The notes beneath the pieces are model-generated. The model had not been told where the DNA came from. It searched no databases and saw only the letters and a program-made list of their open reading frames with translations. The position numbers and the translations under genes were made by a program. A DNA stretch of 64,000 nt from Rhodosorus marinus CCMP1338 (taxonomy: Eukaryota > Plantae > Rhodophyta), in NCBI GenBank assembly GCA_029953675.1, contig JAMWBK010000004.1:1-64000 (forward strand), given 5' to 3'. Position 1 is the stretch's first letter. Every line of letters begins with the position of its first letter. Of this stretch, positions 19,226 to 30,183 are shown in pieces.

Positions 19226-20942
19226 ACGCTCAGCGCACTGTCCAACATGCTCCCGCTCGAGAATCAGCTGCACAATCCGACCAGCAGGACGATGCCCGGG
19301 CGCACAGTCCCAGCAGGCCGCGCTGCGACAGCTGCAGGCCACAGTGGGAGGGTCCTCCTGGGGACCTGAGACCAAACCGGTACTGGCGACCCTGAGGAAT
19401 GTAAGACCGCCACGGATGGACGAGGTAGCCCCATCGCACTTCACGACGGTTCTTTGCAGAGTCTTGGGGATTCCGAGCTCTAATGTGGCGCACGTGGACT
19501 TCATCGCTTCCCACGCGTGCTTACTATGCCATCCGGACGCGATTCCGATTCTGCAGAGCGCCATCTCTAGGGGCGTTTTCAGGACAGGGATTTTCGGATC
19601 GTTGACCCAGAGACACCCCGATCGGCAAGTGACTCTCTACACTGCCGGCCAGGCACTGGATACAGACAACCTGTTGGGCTATAACGAACGTCAGCTTATT
19701 GCCCCAGCGAACATCGGGCCCCAGACCCTGAAACGGGCAATTGAACAGACTATCCGGATTCGCGCGAGGCTTCGCAGGAGGCAACTCTCATTCAACACTC
19801 TCGCAGCGATACACGAGTACCTGGAGAGCAGACTAGGAGCCCTACAAGCCAGACAACGTACTCCAACGGTACCCGGGGAGAGTGCGGAACCCCCAGCGTC
19901 TGCAGCCGCCACGAACGTAGACTCTGAAGCCTCGTCCCTTACAGGGGACGCACAGGCAGCCCGTGGGACAGTCACGCTCCGGGTAGTCCCCTAGCCTAAG
20001 TACCTGAAGAAGATGCACCCGAGGATAACCCCTCACACAGAGCTCCCCTACAACCTGCCCGAGCCTCCTCAACACAAGCGGTCGCGAGTATCCACTGATG
20101 GCACAGGCCAGGATACCGAGATGACTCCGGCAGCCGTAGAGGTTCCACAGGGCAACACTGCACCACAGACCGACCACACTGCCACCCCTCACGCGATGGA
20201 CACATAGGACAGCCAGGAAGCACCTACGCAATAATGCCCAGACGACAATGGGGAATCAAACGAAGACGCGACGAGCCTCTGTTCTTCTCGGAGCGACAAG
20301 CCTGGATCAAACGTTGGACCGACTTCGTTGACGAGGTTACGACAGGAGGAAGGCACTTGACGCGCCTAACACACTGCCCGGTACCCACCCGGCGCTTTGT
20401 GCCCCGTGCCCACGTCAATACCTGAGCCACCATCTTCGCGCAGCTCTTGAGATTTCCATGGACACAGCTGCACCCGCCAACGCCAGTCTGCTTCTTGTCG
20501 GACCTCCAGACCTGGTGCTAGGACGTTCTGCACTTGACATCGGTATTCAGGTCACACATGTGCTTGAAGGAGAATTCCATACTGTCTGGACCGCGCTTGA
20601 AGACAGGGCGTCCCTACTGCAGCAGAATACTGCCCCACCGGGAACCGAAGCGACTCGCCGCCAAGCTTTAGGACGCAAGAAACAAGCCCTGAAACTGGCA
20701 CATCTCGGTCGCCTCTCGGACGCTGCTCGTCGACTACAGGCAACGGAAATGGCTCCTTTCACCGAGACTACCTGGCGCCAACTCCAAGGAATCTTCCGAG
20801 AACCTGCGGCAGGTGACTTACCAGACGAGTTGGTGGAGGCCCTGGAATCACTGCACAACACTAACAACACCACTCTTAAGCGCCGATGGGATCCCAGGAA
20901 AGCCGCTGATGAGGGCCTCCTGTCGATTGTGGCACGTCTTCC
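19226..20942 (+). mobile_element. Family E copy 2: partial ORF1 and ORF2 N-terminus, degraded, 3'-truncated by telomeric tract 20943-20981
   Basis: Homologous to 424-1800. TAATG stop/start at 20232-20236; internal stops and frameshifts. Confidence 0.85.
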
Positions 20943-20981
20943 GGGGTTACGTTAGTCTGGGGTTACGTTAGTCTGGGGTTA

Positions 20982-21394
20982 TATATCGAACAGGAGTGCC
21001 GGGGGTTGCAAAATAAGCATGAGAAACTCTTTGCGGAAATCGCCAAGCTCCCACAACCGGAGCTTACGACGCAAATTGCCCTCTTCAGGTTTTGTGCAGA
21101 AACGCGACTATACTATGTGCTACGATGCCTCGCATACGAGTTTGGAAGAAATCTGGCACGCGAGGCCGACGTGATGACCAGATATCACCTGGAAATTCTA
21201 TTCGGAGGCCTCGCTACGACAGCTGTAGAGGACGATGAGTACGCAGAGCTGATCTCGGACCAAATCGCTCTGCCCTGCCGCTGGGGAGGTTTGGGTTTCG
21301 CTACTCGAAAGCGCGTCCAACCCATCGCGTTTTACTCGTCATGGAGAAACACCTTCCGGAACAATGAAAATGAATGGCCATACCTGACTGAACT
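20982..21394 (+). mobile_element. Family A2 fragment interrupted by a family F 3' end
   Basis: QNKHEKLF..ALFRFCAETRL..LPCRWGGLGFATR; matches 8140-8385 in reverse complement. Confidence 0.85.
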
Positions 21395-21570
21395 GGACTG
21401 GCCTTTACTAGCATAGCCTGAAGCGCTACGCAAGGCGTGAAGATGAACTAATAACTAGGGAGGGAAGTATGCAACCCCAGGCGCCGATGGCGCGCCTCGG
21501 AAAGCATCTCGCTGGAATATCGCCAAAGGGAGACACTTAAACGCCTCAAGAGCGCCAAATATTCAGTAGG
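21395..21570 (-). mobile_element. Family F 3' end, broken and capped by telomeric tract 21569-21600
   Basis: Near-identical to 54407-54580; junction CAGTAGG|GGTTACG. Confidence 0.85.
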
Positions 21571-21673
21571 GGTTACGTTAGTCTGGGGTTAGTCTGGGGT
21601 GAGGGCTTTCGGACTTTGAAATTTAAGTTCATTGACGCGAGCTTGGAGTGTTTTACAAGGAGTTGATTTGGAA

Positions 21674-23260
21674 ATGACCCTTCCCGAGGCCCTGCCTCCG
21701 GACGGAAGTGGCATAAACCCCCTACAATCGGACGAACCTATGCACGATGCTTCTACCCAAAATTTTACCGGGCGAGAACCTGATCCTGCTGCTACTCTCC
21801 CAACTGCACCTGCTACTGCGGCGCCGGACACCAGCACTCACCATCTGAAGATCTCAATGAGCTGTGGACCGCTGCAACTACACCTCGACGTTCCCCAAGC
21901 CAAAGCCACGAAGTACAACGCCCTGATGCTGAAATTCATGGAACTTGCTGCACAAGCCCATGCCAGTGGCAACGAGGCTCAGCTCCTTCACACTCTGACT
22001 ACAACGCCCCAACGACCTACCCAGACACCGCGCCCCCTACATGTCTACGAACCGGCATCCTACGCCAGCACAGCAGCCCGCCCCAGATCTCCCGACGCGC
22101 GCGATCTCGATGCTGATGCATATCCCGATCTCGCAGCAGCCAATGACCGCACACGCCCGACACCTCGACCTAGTAGCCGGCCAATGAGTTGGTCGACACG
22201 TGTCCGAGGTAACCAGACCCCGGCAGCCGCGAATCGATCATTTTTCGCGAGCATTCAAGGTCTGGAGTTCGAGAGCAAGGAAGATATTGACGCATTTGTG
22301 CTACTCAATGCACGACCTCGCGACGGAACCAAGAGCAAGGCCCACCACGCCTGGGATATCGAGCGCCTTGCCGGCCTGCAGAAGAACACGCTGCTGCAAC
22401 TCGATTATTTCGATCACCACGTGCACATCATTGCACACCGGACTGCCCTACCACGGGTCCGCGACGCAGTGAACGCAGGCGCCTTCTACCCCACTACCGG
22501 CAACCTCCACCCAGCCGAACGCATTCAGGCAGTCAAGCTCTCTGCGAGCTCCATGGACTACCTGAGTATGCGCGAGAAACTCCGCCATCGGCCCGAGGAC
22601 TACCCGCGAGTGGCCCTGATCCACAACCTGCGGCGCTATCGCCGTATCCAGCGGATCGTTGAGCGCCGTAGGGGCCTCTCCCCCAACGCTCGGGAGGCCC
22701 TGCTCGGCCACGTTCGGGCAGAACTCAACCGAACTCTGGCCAGTATCCATGCCCACGCCCAGAAGACACCTGACACCGGCACCAGGGTACCTTTCGAGGA
22801 CCCTGAACTACCCCAGCTCTCGACCACCACCAACCGACAGGTAGCACGGGCTCCGGCGCGTGTAAGCACTGCACACAAACCACCAGTGGTAGCCGGGGAG
22901 AGCGCGGAACCCCCCGCGTCTGCAGCCGCATCACAAGCAGACCACCAAGCCTCGACCCCTAATGGGGCCGTACAGGCAGACCGTGAGGCAGTCGCCGCTT
23001 CGGGTGATTCCAGCGCGACACCTCCACTACCACCGGAGGACGCTGCAGAGGACAACCCGCACGCGGAGCTCCTCTCTAACCTCCCGGAGCCGCCCCAACA
23101 GAAACGCACGCGAACGACTGCAGCTGGCACCAGCCCCGACTTGGAGATGACCCCAGCCAACCACGAGGCGGCTACAACCACTGCTGCCGGACTCACTGGC
23201 TACTCTTCAAGCTCCAATGCCATGGACCTACAAGCCTGCCCCCCCGCCTCCCAACAGTGA
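21674..23260 (+). CDS. Intact ORF1 of family D (~528 aa); element spans 21601-23262 and is cut immediately after the ORF2 ATG
   Basis: Open frame MTLPEALPPDG...PPASQQ. The 3' part is identical (reverse complement) to 29915-30149, which runs into the intact ORF2. Homologous to family B ORF1. Confidence 0.82.
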   Translation: MTLPEALPPDGSGINPLQSDEPMHDASTQNFTGREPDPAATLPTAPATAAPDTSTHHLKISMSCGPLQLHLDVPQAKATKYNALMLKFMELAAQAHASGNEAQLLHTLTTTPQRPTQTPRPLHVYEPASYASTAARPRSPDARDLDADAYPDLAAANDRTRPTPRPSSRPMSWSTRVRGNQTPAAANRSFFASIQGLEFESKEDIDAFVLLNARPRDGTKSKAHHAWDIERLAGLQKNTLLQLDYFDHHVHIIAHRTALPRVRDAVNAGAFYPTTGNLHPAERIQAVKLSASSMDYLSMREKLRHRPEDYPRVALIHNLRRYRRIQRIVERRRGLSPNAREALLGHVRAELNRTLASIHAHAQKTPDTGTRVPFEDPELPQLSTTTNRQVARAPARVSTAHKPPVVAGESAEPPASAAASQADHQASTPNGAVQADREAVAASGDSSATPPLPPEDAAEDNPHAELLSNLPEPPQQKRTRTTAAGTSPDLEMTPANHEAATTTAAGLTGYSSSSNAMDLQACPPASQQ

Positions 23261-23262
23261 TG

Positions 23263-23301
23263 TCTGGGGTTACGTTAGTCTGGGGTTACGTTAGTCTGGG
23301 G
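23263..23301 (-). repeat. G-strand telomeric tract at the orientation switch of the array
   Basis: TCTGGGGTTACGTTAGTCTGGGGTTACGTTAGTCTGGGG, with a plus-strand element to the left and a minus-strand element to the right. Confidence 0.9.
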
Positions 23302-25098
23302 GCGAGTAGGCGTCGGAGCCTGAGTCAGCTGCCACCAGCGGTTGCCATTATCGGTTACGTTGAGAATGAAGTCGTGCAGAGACGAGAGCCAGGCGTTCGA
23401 GTCGGTCTCGAAGAGTGACTGCGTCGAAGTGGGAGGTCGTTGGCGACGAGCACGAGCACGGCGGGATGAGCGAGAGCGGTTTGGAGTATATTCGTCTGAG
23501 GAGCTGCTCATGATTGAGTCGACGAGAGGGAGTCGGGCGTGAGGTCGTCGACGGCGTTGGCAGGCTTAGGGCGCTTAGTGGGTGGAGCCACTTGTCTCTT
23601 GTCTTGGGCCGTCGAAAGTCCTTGCATCGGCTCTGCAGGGGTCACTGGTTGATCGCTAGTGGTGGAGGGGTCAGGCTCCGAGTCTAGTGGATCACGGGCT
23701 GTCGCGGCAGGCGTCTCAGGCGTGTTGTCCTCCCGAGCGGCTGGGACTTGGGCAGAATCAGCGCTATGCGTAGTCGCTGCGAGGGGTTCCGCACTCTCCC
23801 TCTCCAGTGCCGCCGGTTGAGGGTCAGCTACCCGGGTTCGGTCCAGAGAGCGTGGCTCTCTGCGCTCGGTTGTTGTCGAGTGCTCTGGAAGCTCAGGGTC
23901 GAAGAATGGCACGCGCAGGCAACTGTCGGGTGCTCGTTGAGCGTGAGCGTGGAGGCTGGCCAGGGTGCGATCGAGCTCGGCCCTGACGTGGCCCAGGAGT
24001 GCCTCTCGGTTGTTGGGTGGGAGACTCCTGCGATTTGTAACAATCCGCTGGATCCGTCGGTAGCGGAGCAGGTTGTGGATCAGTGCAGCGCGGGGATAGT
24101 CTGCCGTTTGGTGACGGAGCTTTTCCCTCATGCTCAGGTATTCGTGTGACGTTGGAGAGAGCTTGACAGCTTGGATACGTTGATCAGGAGGCAGGTGTGC
24201 TCCTCTGGTGGGTTCGAAGGCCCCTGCGTTGGTAGCGTCGCGGAGTAGTTGGAAGGCGGTATGGTGAGCGATGACGTGTACATGATGATCAAAGTAGTCC
24301 AGCTGGAGCAGCGAATTTTTCTGAAGGCCGGCTAGGCGCTCGATATCCCAAGCATGATGGGCCTTGCTTCTGGTGGAGTCCCGAGGTCGAGCATTGAGTA
24401 GCACAAATGCATCAACGTCCTTCTGGCTCTAGTACTGCAGCCCATGAATGCTCGCGAAAAACGAGCGATTGGCAGCTGCTGGGGTCTGGTTGGCGCGGAC
24501 ACGTGTCGTCCAGCTCATTGGTTGAGGTTGAGCTCGAGTCCTTGTCCGTGCTTGCTCATTGGCCGTTGCGAGATCTGGGAATGCATTGGAATCGAGATCA
24601 CGTGTCTCGGGAGATCGCGGGCGGGCTGCTGCAGTGGCGTAGTTTGCTGGTTCGTAGACAGGGAGGGGGCGTTGTGCCCTCGGGGCAGCTTGTTGTGGCG
24701 TCGTAGTCAGATTGTGAAGGAGTTGAGCCTCGGTGCCATTGGCGTGTGCCTGGGCTAAGAGACCCATAAACCGCAGCATAAGCCCATTGTAGAGCGGGGT
24801 CTTATGCTTGGGCGCGTCGAGATACAGCTTCAGCGCTCCGCAGCTCAGGTCAATTGCCAAGGGAGTAGGTACGTCGTTTTCAAGTGCAGATGCAGTTGTA
24901 GGCTCAGAAACAGGTACTGGCAGAGGCTCGGGTCCGTCTGCTCTCAGGCTAACGGCCGGGAGGTCTTCCATCGTTGCGTCTGTGCAAAAGCCCCCCCCAT
25001 CCGGAGGCACGGGCTCGAGAGTAGTCATATCACTCGATAAGCGTTCGTAGAAAGAATGAAAGTGTAACTTTATCACCACGATAAACTCCAAAGTCCAA
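23302..25098 (-). mobile_element. Family B 5' half: 5' end, ORF1 (25028-23508, one in-frame TAG at 24429) and ORF2 N-terminus (from 23511), 3'-truncated
   Basis: The ORF2 start ...NRWWQLTQAPTPTR overlaps the start of the B copy at 6050-6085. ATGA overlap at 23508-23511. Telomeric tract 25108-25169 upstream. Confidence 0.87.
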
Positions 25099-25169
25099 CC
25101 CCAAATGCCCCAGACTAACCCCAGACTAACGTAACCCCAGACTAACGTAACCCAGACTAACGTAACCCC

Positions 25170-26675
25170 GTAGCCTTTATTGGGCAGCTACCTAATGTAG
25201 CGCATCACACGATCACTACGTACCCACTAACCAAACCTGGACTCCCTGTCCAGGAGTCTCATCTAAATTCTACGTAGGGGAAATATCGGTCTATCTCCGC
25301 GATCTTTCTCGATCGCGTGCTCAACTAGCGCAGCATTGTGCTGCCACAAAATGCGGTTTAGTTGACCCCTCACCGACGATAGATGGGAGTCACGATCATG
25401 CAGGTGCGCGCTCGCCGTTCGAAGAAATTCAAGGCTTGCCTGGCCCATTCGACCAAATGTCTCAAAAATGAACGGCACAAGAACAACATCTCGGTTTTGC
25501 CCCCTCAGCACTTCCTTATGATGCAACGCCTTCGCTTGTTCGGCCTGTTTAGCAGCATACCCGCAGTTCCAGCTCGTATGTCTCAACTGATGTCTTTGAA
25601 GTGGCGACGTCACCATCACATCCACCACGTACACGCATCCGCTCGTCGGGTATCGTGCAACGATGTCTGGGCGAATTCCAGACCCAGCAAAGAACCCCTC
25701 AGGCTCTACTTGTATCTCCGTGAAACTCCAGAGGTGTAACCATCGGCTCAGTTCCACCTTTAGCTCGTCGTGCCTCTTGGTGCGCATCCCTGATGAGGTC
25801 CTGCAGTGGTGCAGCCGCTGGATCCCACGCACATCGTGTGGTTGCTCGCAGACTGTGCACGTGTGTGACCGCCCTAGTCCTTGTAGTGGTAGCCCTAGAA
25901 GCATCCGCATGCTCCACAACATCTCATTTCGCGTCAACTGCCGCGGCCCTGTACTAGGACAGTCGCGTAGCCAGACCCCGCACCCCGTTCCAGATGCCGA
26001 TCGGATCCTCGCCCGGTCTAGGTCGTCCAGTGTTGAATCTCCAGTAAGCTCCTCAAAGGCTTGTCGGTGACACTCTCGAGAGAGCGTTTTTTGGATCGGA
26101 CCGTCAAACCTTTGGGTACCTCCTGTGTCTTCCACTGTGCCTTCCGCCGAGTCCTCCAGCGGTTGCCAATCGGCCAGCCTCTGGATCCGTGCACTGGTCG
26201 TCGCTGGCAAACGTCGTCTAATTGCGCGACTTGCCTCCACCAGTTGCCAAGCAAGTCCATCAGTTGTCCATCCAAGTCGCACCCGTCGCAGCGATTCTCC
26301 TTGTGCTGCCGCAATACACTCCTGGGAAAGCCGTTCGAGGTAGCGTGATTCAGTGGTGTTCTCTTGCAGGCTTTGTTTCCACCCTGCATGGAAGGCAACT
26401 GGTTGAATTCTCGTGCGCGTGGCAAAGCCAAGTCCTCCCCATCGACATGGGAGTCGAATCTGTTTCTCAACCGCTGCAGCCTCACGTGCGGTGATATCCT
26501 GGTGTTGACATAGGCCTCCACACAAGCCTTCAAGCTCCGAGAGGGTGATCGCGTCCGCCTCGCGGGCAACGGTACGTCCAAGGGGGTACGCCAGCCCACG
26601 TGTATGATAATCGAGCCTTGTGCCTGCGCAGTAACGAAAGAGGGCCAGCTTGACTTGGAGTTCAGCATCGGGGAG
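25170..26675 (-). mobile_element. Family C, 5'-truncated copy, open frame 25263-26675
   Basis: Inverted near-identical twin of 12320-13833; CAA where the twin has TAA. Confidence 0.9.
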
Positions 26676-26695
26676 GTACCCCAGACTAACGTAAC

Positions 26696-29600
26696 TGTAA
26701 ACTTTACTCGGCAACTGCCTAATGCAGCGCAACACTAATTCTATCAAGATCTAGGGAAAATGTGTTTAACCCCGACTCCCGGGGTCTCTAGCTACGATAA
26801 AAAAGAAAAATAAGGGATCAGTGGCTGGTCCGACTGATCCACGCGCAAAGCCCCTAACGCGAGCTCTGCGTTCCCTGCCCAGAGTGTTCTGTTTAGTTGA
26901 GCCCGCACGTTGCTCAACTCGTACTGCTTAGTTAGCATGTGCCCACAGCCCTCACGGAGAAAGTCTTGGGTCATCTGCCCTGTTCTGCCGAAGGTTTCGA
27001 TCGCAATCGGAATCAGTTTGTCATCTGGATGCTCTGTCGCCGTCGCCTCCTTGTAGTGTGCAAGTTTCCAACGCTCGGCCTGTTTTGCTGCATAACCATT
27101 GTTGTCTTTGCTGTTGGCTAGGTGTCTCGCCTGTAGGGGTGACACCACCGTCACATCGATCGCAAATCGTTGCCAGGTTCGAGGGTGTATAGCTACCAAG
27201 TCCGGACGTAGATTCGAGTTCGTGAAGTAGTCTGTAGGTGCTTGCTGAACATCTCTGAACTGCCATCTGTTAAGCCAACGCGCCAGCTCAGTGCAGAGCT
27301 CATCATGTCGCCGTTGCCAGAGCCCAGTCGAGGTCTGACAATGATGGAATCTTTGTACACCGTTCGTACGGTGTGTACTATTACACGTAGTACACCTCTC
27401 CGTCGTCCGCAGTCCCGGAATCGGGAGACCCAGCAATTGTCGGATATTCAGGTGCATGCCTCTCCCACTCAATTTTCGGGGTCCGAATTGTGGCAAATCT
27501 CTTAGCCAGACGCCTGAACCTGCTCCTGCAGCGGAACGGATTCGGGCACGATGTTCCGGGTCGAGTAAGGGATCCGTGACCAGTCGGGTGAAAGCAGTAA
27601 GGTGTGCCTCTCTTGAGAGGGTCTGTTGTAAGGAACCTTGCTTCACCGCAGACTGGTCAGGGGGGGAATTTGCTGCAGGGGCAGCAGTCAGGTACGTGGG
27701 GTTGAGGAGCTGCCTTATTCGGGGGCTGGTTTCCGGTCTCAGTCTCCCCCTAATGGCTGTAGTTGCCACTAGGATTTGGGAGGGGAGGTCGTCAGTAGAG
27801 CGGTGTAGTGTCCTCGGGGGGTTGAGCAGCTGTGGTGTAGCTTCCTGGGTGCGTTCTAACAATTTTTGTAGGTGGGGCCAATAGCCCTTGTTAGCTGCAA
27901 AGGTTTGCATCCAACCTGTGTAGAAAGAAATAGGTTGGATGCGCCTTCTAGTGCAGAATCCCAGTCCCCCCCATCGGCAGGGGAGTGCTACCTGCTTCCA
28001 AGCCGGGTGCGTTCCGTCAGGGTCGTCCGCGTGGGCTGTTTGTAGACAGCCTAGAAGTCTTTCAAACTGTAGTCGTGTGTTGTAGTCCGCTTCTCGTGCT
28101 AAACTTCTGCCGTAGTGGTAAGCCACTGTCCTTAGGGTGTAGTCAAGTCTCGTTTCCGAGCAGTATCGGAACAGCGCCAGTTGTGTGTTGAGCTCTTCAG
28201 GAGGCAGATGGGCTATCTCTTTGCCCAGTGTTTCATGCTTGTTTTGTAGTGTTCTCAAAGCTTCTTCCACATATTTTCTCGTCCCAACGGGAATGGAGTG
28301 TATGGTTACTCCATCGCGAGAAACATTGAGGTCCGGCATGTATCTGGTAACCAGTCGAGGGGATGCTATGTGGTAGCCGAATAGGGTGCACTTTTGAGGC
28401 TGTAGTTCCGCCCCAATGGTAGGGAGGGCATTTTGACTCCACAGTAGGGCATCTTTCAGGGACTCCAGGGGGCCCACGAGCGTGATATCGTCATGGATGG
28501 CGACAGTAGTCAGCTCAGGGTATTTCTGCCGCAGTGCTTCGAGAAAAGGCGCCAGTGAGAGGGCGTGTAAGGCAGGTCCCAAAGGATCTCCTTGTTGTAC
28601 TCCCGTCTGCGCTTGTAGGTGTAGTCGATCTGGATGCAGTGTTCCGTCTGTAGCTTTGGGGCGCCAGCCAAGGAGCGTAGGTGAGTCCTCGCAGTTGCTT
28701 CCATATCCCAGGCGGTAGATGGCTGCCAGCTCTGGGTAATGGCGGTCGACTAGTTGTTTGGCAATACTCCGATCAATTCGGTTGAACGCATTCGCCAGGT
28801 CGAGTCGTAGAACTGCCGATTGTGGTTCACAGTAGAGATGGGCCTGTATTGCGTGCAGGGACCGTTCGCAACCTCCACTGACGGCAAGGCCTAGTTGCAG
28901 GGGGACGAGGAGCTCCCGAAGTCGTGTGGTCACGTGACCTAGTACCCACTGTGTCGCTAGCTTTCGTAGGACCTCAGGAACGCCAATAGGTCTGACAGCA
29001 GGGTGCGCAGGTGGGGGCCCAGTAGTAGGGGACTTGACAAACGGCAGGAGCCTGCTGCTGCGGAGAGCCCTGGTCAGGACTGCCGGGAGCCGCTCCGGAG
29101 CCGTGGCCAACTGTCTCAGGAACCGTACCAGGTGCGGGTGTGCCTCACGCGTTAGCATCTGTAAGTGCTCTGCGCGGAGCCCGCTGGGCCCGGGACATTT
29201 GTCTTTCGGCAGCAGGGTCAGTTTGGCGAGTAGACTCTCATCCGAGGCTTGTCCGGCCAGCCACCTGACCCGTAGTTGGGCGTTGTCCTGTGCAAGTAGT
29301 GTCTGCAGGGTTTGCTGTAGATCCTCAGAGAGGGGGGTGTCTGTCGGGTCCGGGAAGAGGTCTTCGAGCTGGTTCCAGGTGCCAACGTTCTGTTTGGCCA
29401 TTGCAGAGGCTGTGAGGCGGTATGCAGCGTCAGAGAGGCGACCTTGTTGGGCGAGTTTGAGTGCTTGTTTGCGCCGCCAGCGGGTTTGTTGTGTGGTAGT
29501 GTCAGGACCTCTGTGTGGTGTAGCCGGCCTCGGTTGCGCTGCAGAGTCCTCTAGAGCGTTCCACACGGTATGAAAATCGCCAGCCAGGATGTGATCGATC

Positions 29601-30149
29601 TGCTTGCCAATAGGAAAGTGCGTATAGCCCAGGATCAGACCAGGAAGTCCGATGATGAGAAGGCTCGCGTCCTCGGGAGCTGTGTCGTCTCGAGCAAGCT
29701 GGAGGGCGGCACTGCAGAGGCTGCTCCATTTGTTGACGGCGGCAGAGGGGATGAATCGGCGGGTTCGGACCGGGCAGTGGGCTAGACGTGTCCACAGGCG
29801 TCCACTGTCCGTGAGCTCATTGACAAAGTCAGTCCAACGTTGGATCCATGCCGGTCGGTTGGCGTGGAAGAGGGGTTCATTCGGGCGGCGTTGAGTACTC
29901 CTTCTTCTGCGGGGCATCACTGTTGGGAGGCGGGGGGGCAGGCTTGTAGGTCCATGGCATTGGAGCTTGAAGAGTAGCCAGTGAGTCCGGCAGCAGTGGT
30001 TGTAGCCGCCTCGTGGTTGGCTGGGGTCATCTCCAAGTCGGGGCTGGTGCCAGCTGCAGTCGTTCGCGTGCGTTTCTGTTGGGGCGGCTCCGGGAGGTTA
30101 GAGAGGAGCTCCGCGTGCGGGTTGTCCTCTGCAGCGTCCTCCGGTGGTA
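26696..30149 (-). mobile_element. Family D, longest copy: ORF1 C-terminus, intact ORF2 and 3' UTR
   Basis: Flanked by telomeric tracts 26678-26695 and 30150-30183. The 3' end AGTAAAGTTTACA is joined to GTTACG. Confidence 0.92.
26792..29917 (-). CDS. Intact RT-CCHC-RLE protein (~1041 aa), CRE/SLACS/MoTeR-like non-LTR clade
   Basis: CPGPSGLR, RPIGVPEVLRK, LRLDLANAFNRIDR, GVQQGDPLGP, AIHDDITLVG, LPCRWGGLG, CTTCNSTHRTNGVQRFHHC, RHDE, RPDLVA..AIDVTV..K and FGRTG; no APE domain. Confidence 0.93.
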   Translation of the reverse strand: MPRRRRSTQRRPNEPLFHANRPAWIQRWTDFVNELTDSGRLWTRLAHCPVRTRRFIPSAAVNKWSSLCSAALQLARDDTAPEDASLLIIGLPGLILGYTHFPIGKQIDHILAGDFHTVWNALEDSAAQPRPATPHRGPDTTTQQTRWRRKQALKLAQQGRLSDAAYRLTASAMAKQNVGTWNQLEDLFPDPTDTPLSEDLQQTLQTLLAQDNAQLRVRWLAGQASDESLLAKLTLLPKDKCPGPSGLRAEHLQMLTREAHPHLVRFLRQLATAPERLPAVLTRALRSSRLLPFVKSPTTGPPPAHPAVRPIGVPEVLRKLATQWVLGHVTTRLRELLVPLQLGLAVSGGCERSLHAIQAHLYCEPQSAVLRLDLANAFNRIDRSIAKQLVDRHYPELAAIYRLGYGSNCEDSPTLLGWRPKATDGTLHPDRLHLQAQTGVQQGDPLGPALHALSLAPFLEALRQKYPELTTVAIHDDITLVGPLESLKDALLWSQNALPTIGAELQPQKCTLFGYHIASPRLVTRYMPDLNVSRDGVTIHSIPVGTRKYVEEALRTLQNKHETLGKEIAHLPPEELNTQLALFRYCSETRLDYTLRTVAYHYGRSLAREADYNTRLQFERLLGCLQTAHADDPDGTHPAWKQVALPCRWGGLGFCTRRRIQPISFYTGWMQTFAANKGYWPHLQKLLERTQEATPQLLNPPRTLHRSTDDLPSQILVATTAIRGRLRPETSPRIRQLLNPTYLTAAPAANSPPDQSAVKQGSLQQTLSREAHLTAFTRLVTDPLLDPEHRARIRSAAGAGSGVWLRDLPQFGPRKLSGRGMHLNIRQLLGLPIPGLRTTERCTTCNSTHRTNGVQRFHHCQTSTGLWQRRHDELCTELARWLNRWQFRDVQQAPTDYFTNSNLRPDLVAIHPRTWQRFAIDVTVVSPLQARHLANSKDNNGYAAKQAERWKLAHYKEATATEHPDDKLIPIAIETFGRTGQMTQDFLREGCGHMLTKQYELSNVRAQLNRTLWAGNAELALGALRVDQSDQPLIPYFSFLS

Positions 30150-30183
30150 CCCCCAGACTAACGTAACCCCAGACTAACGTAAC

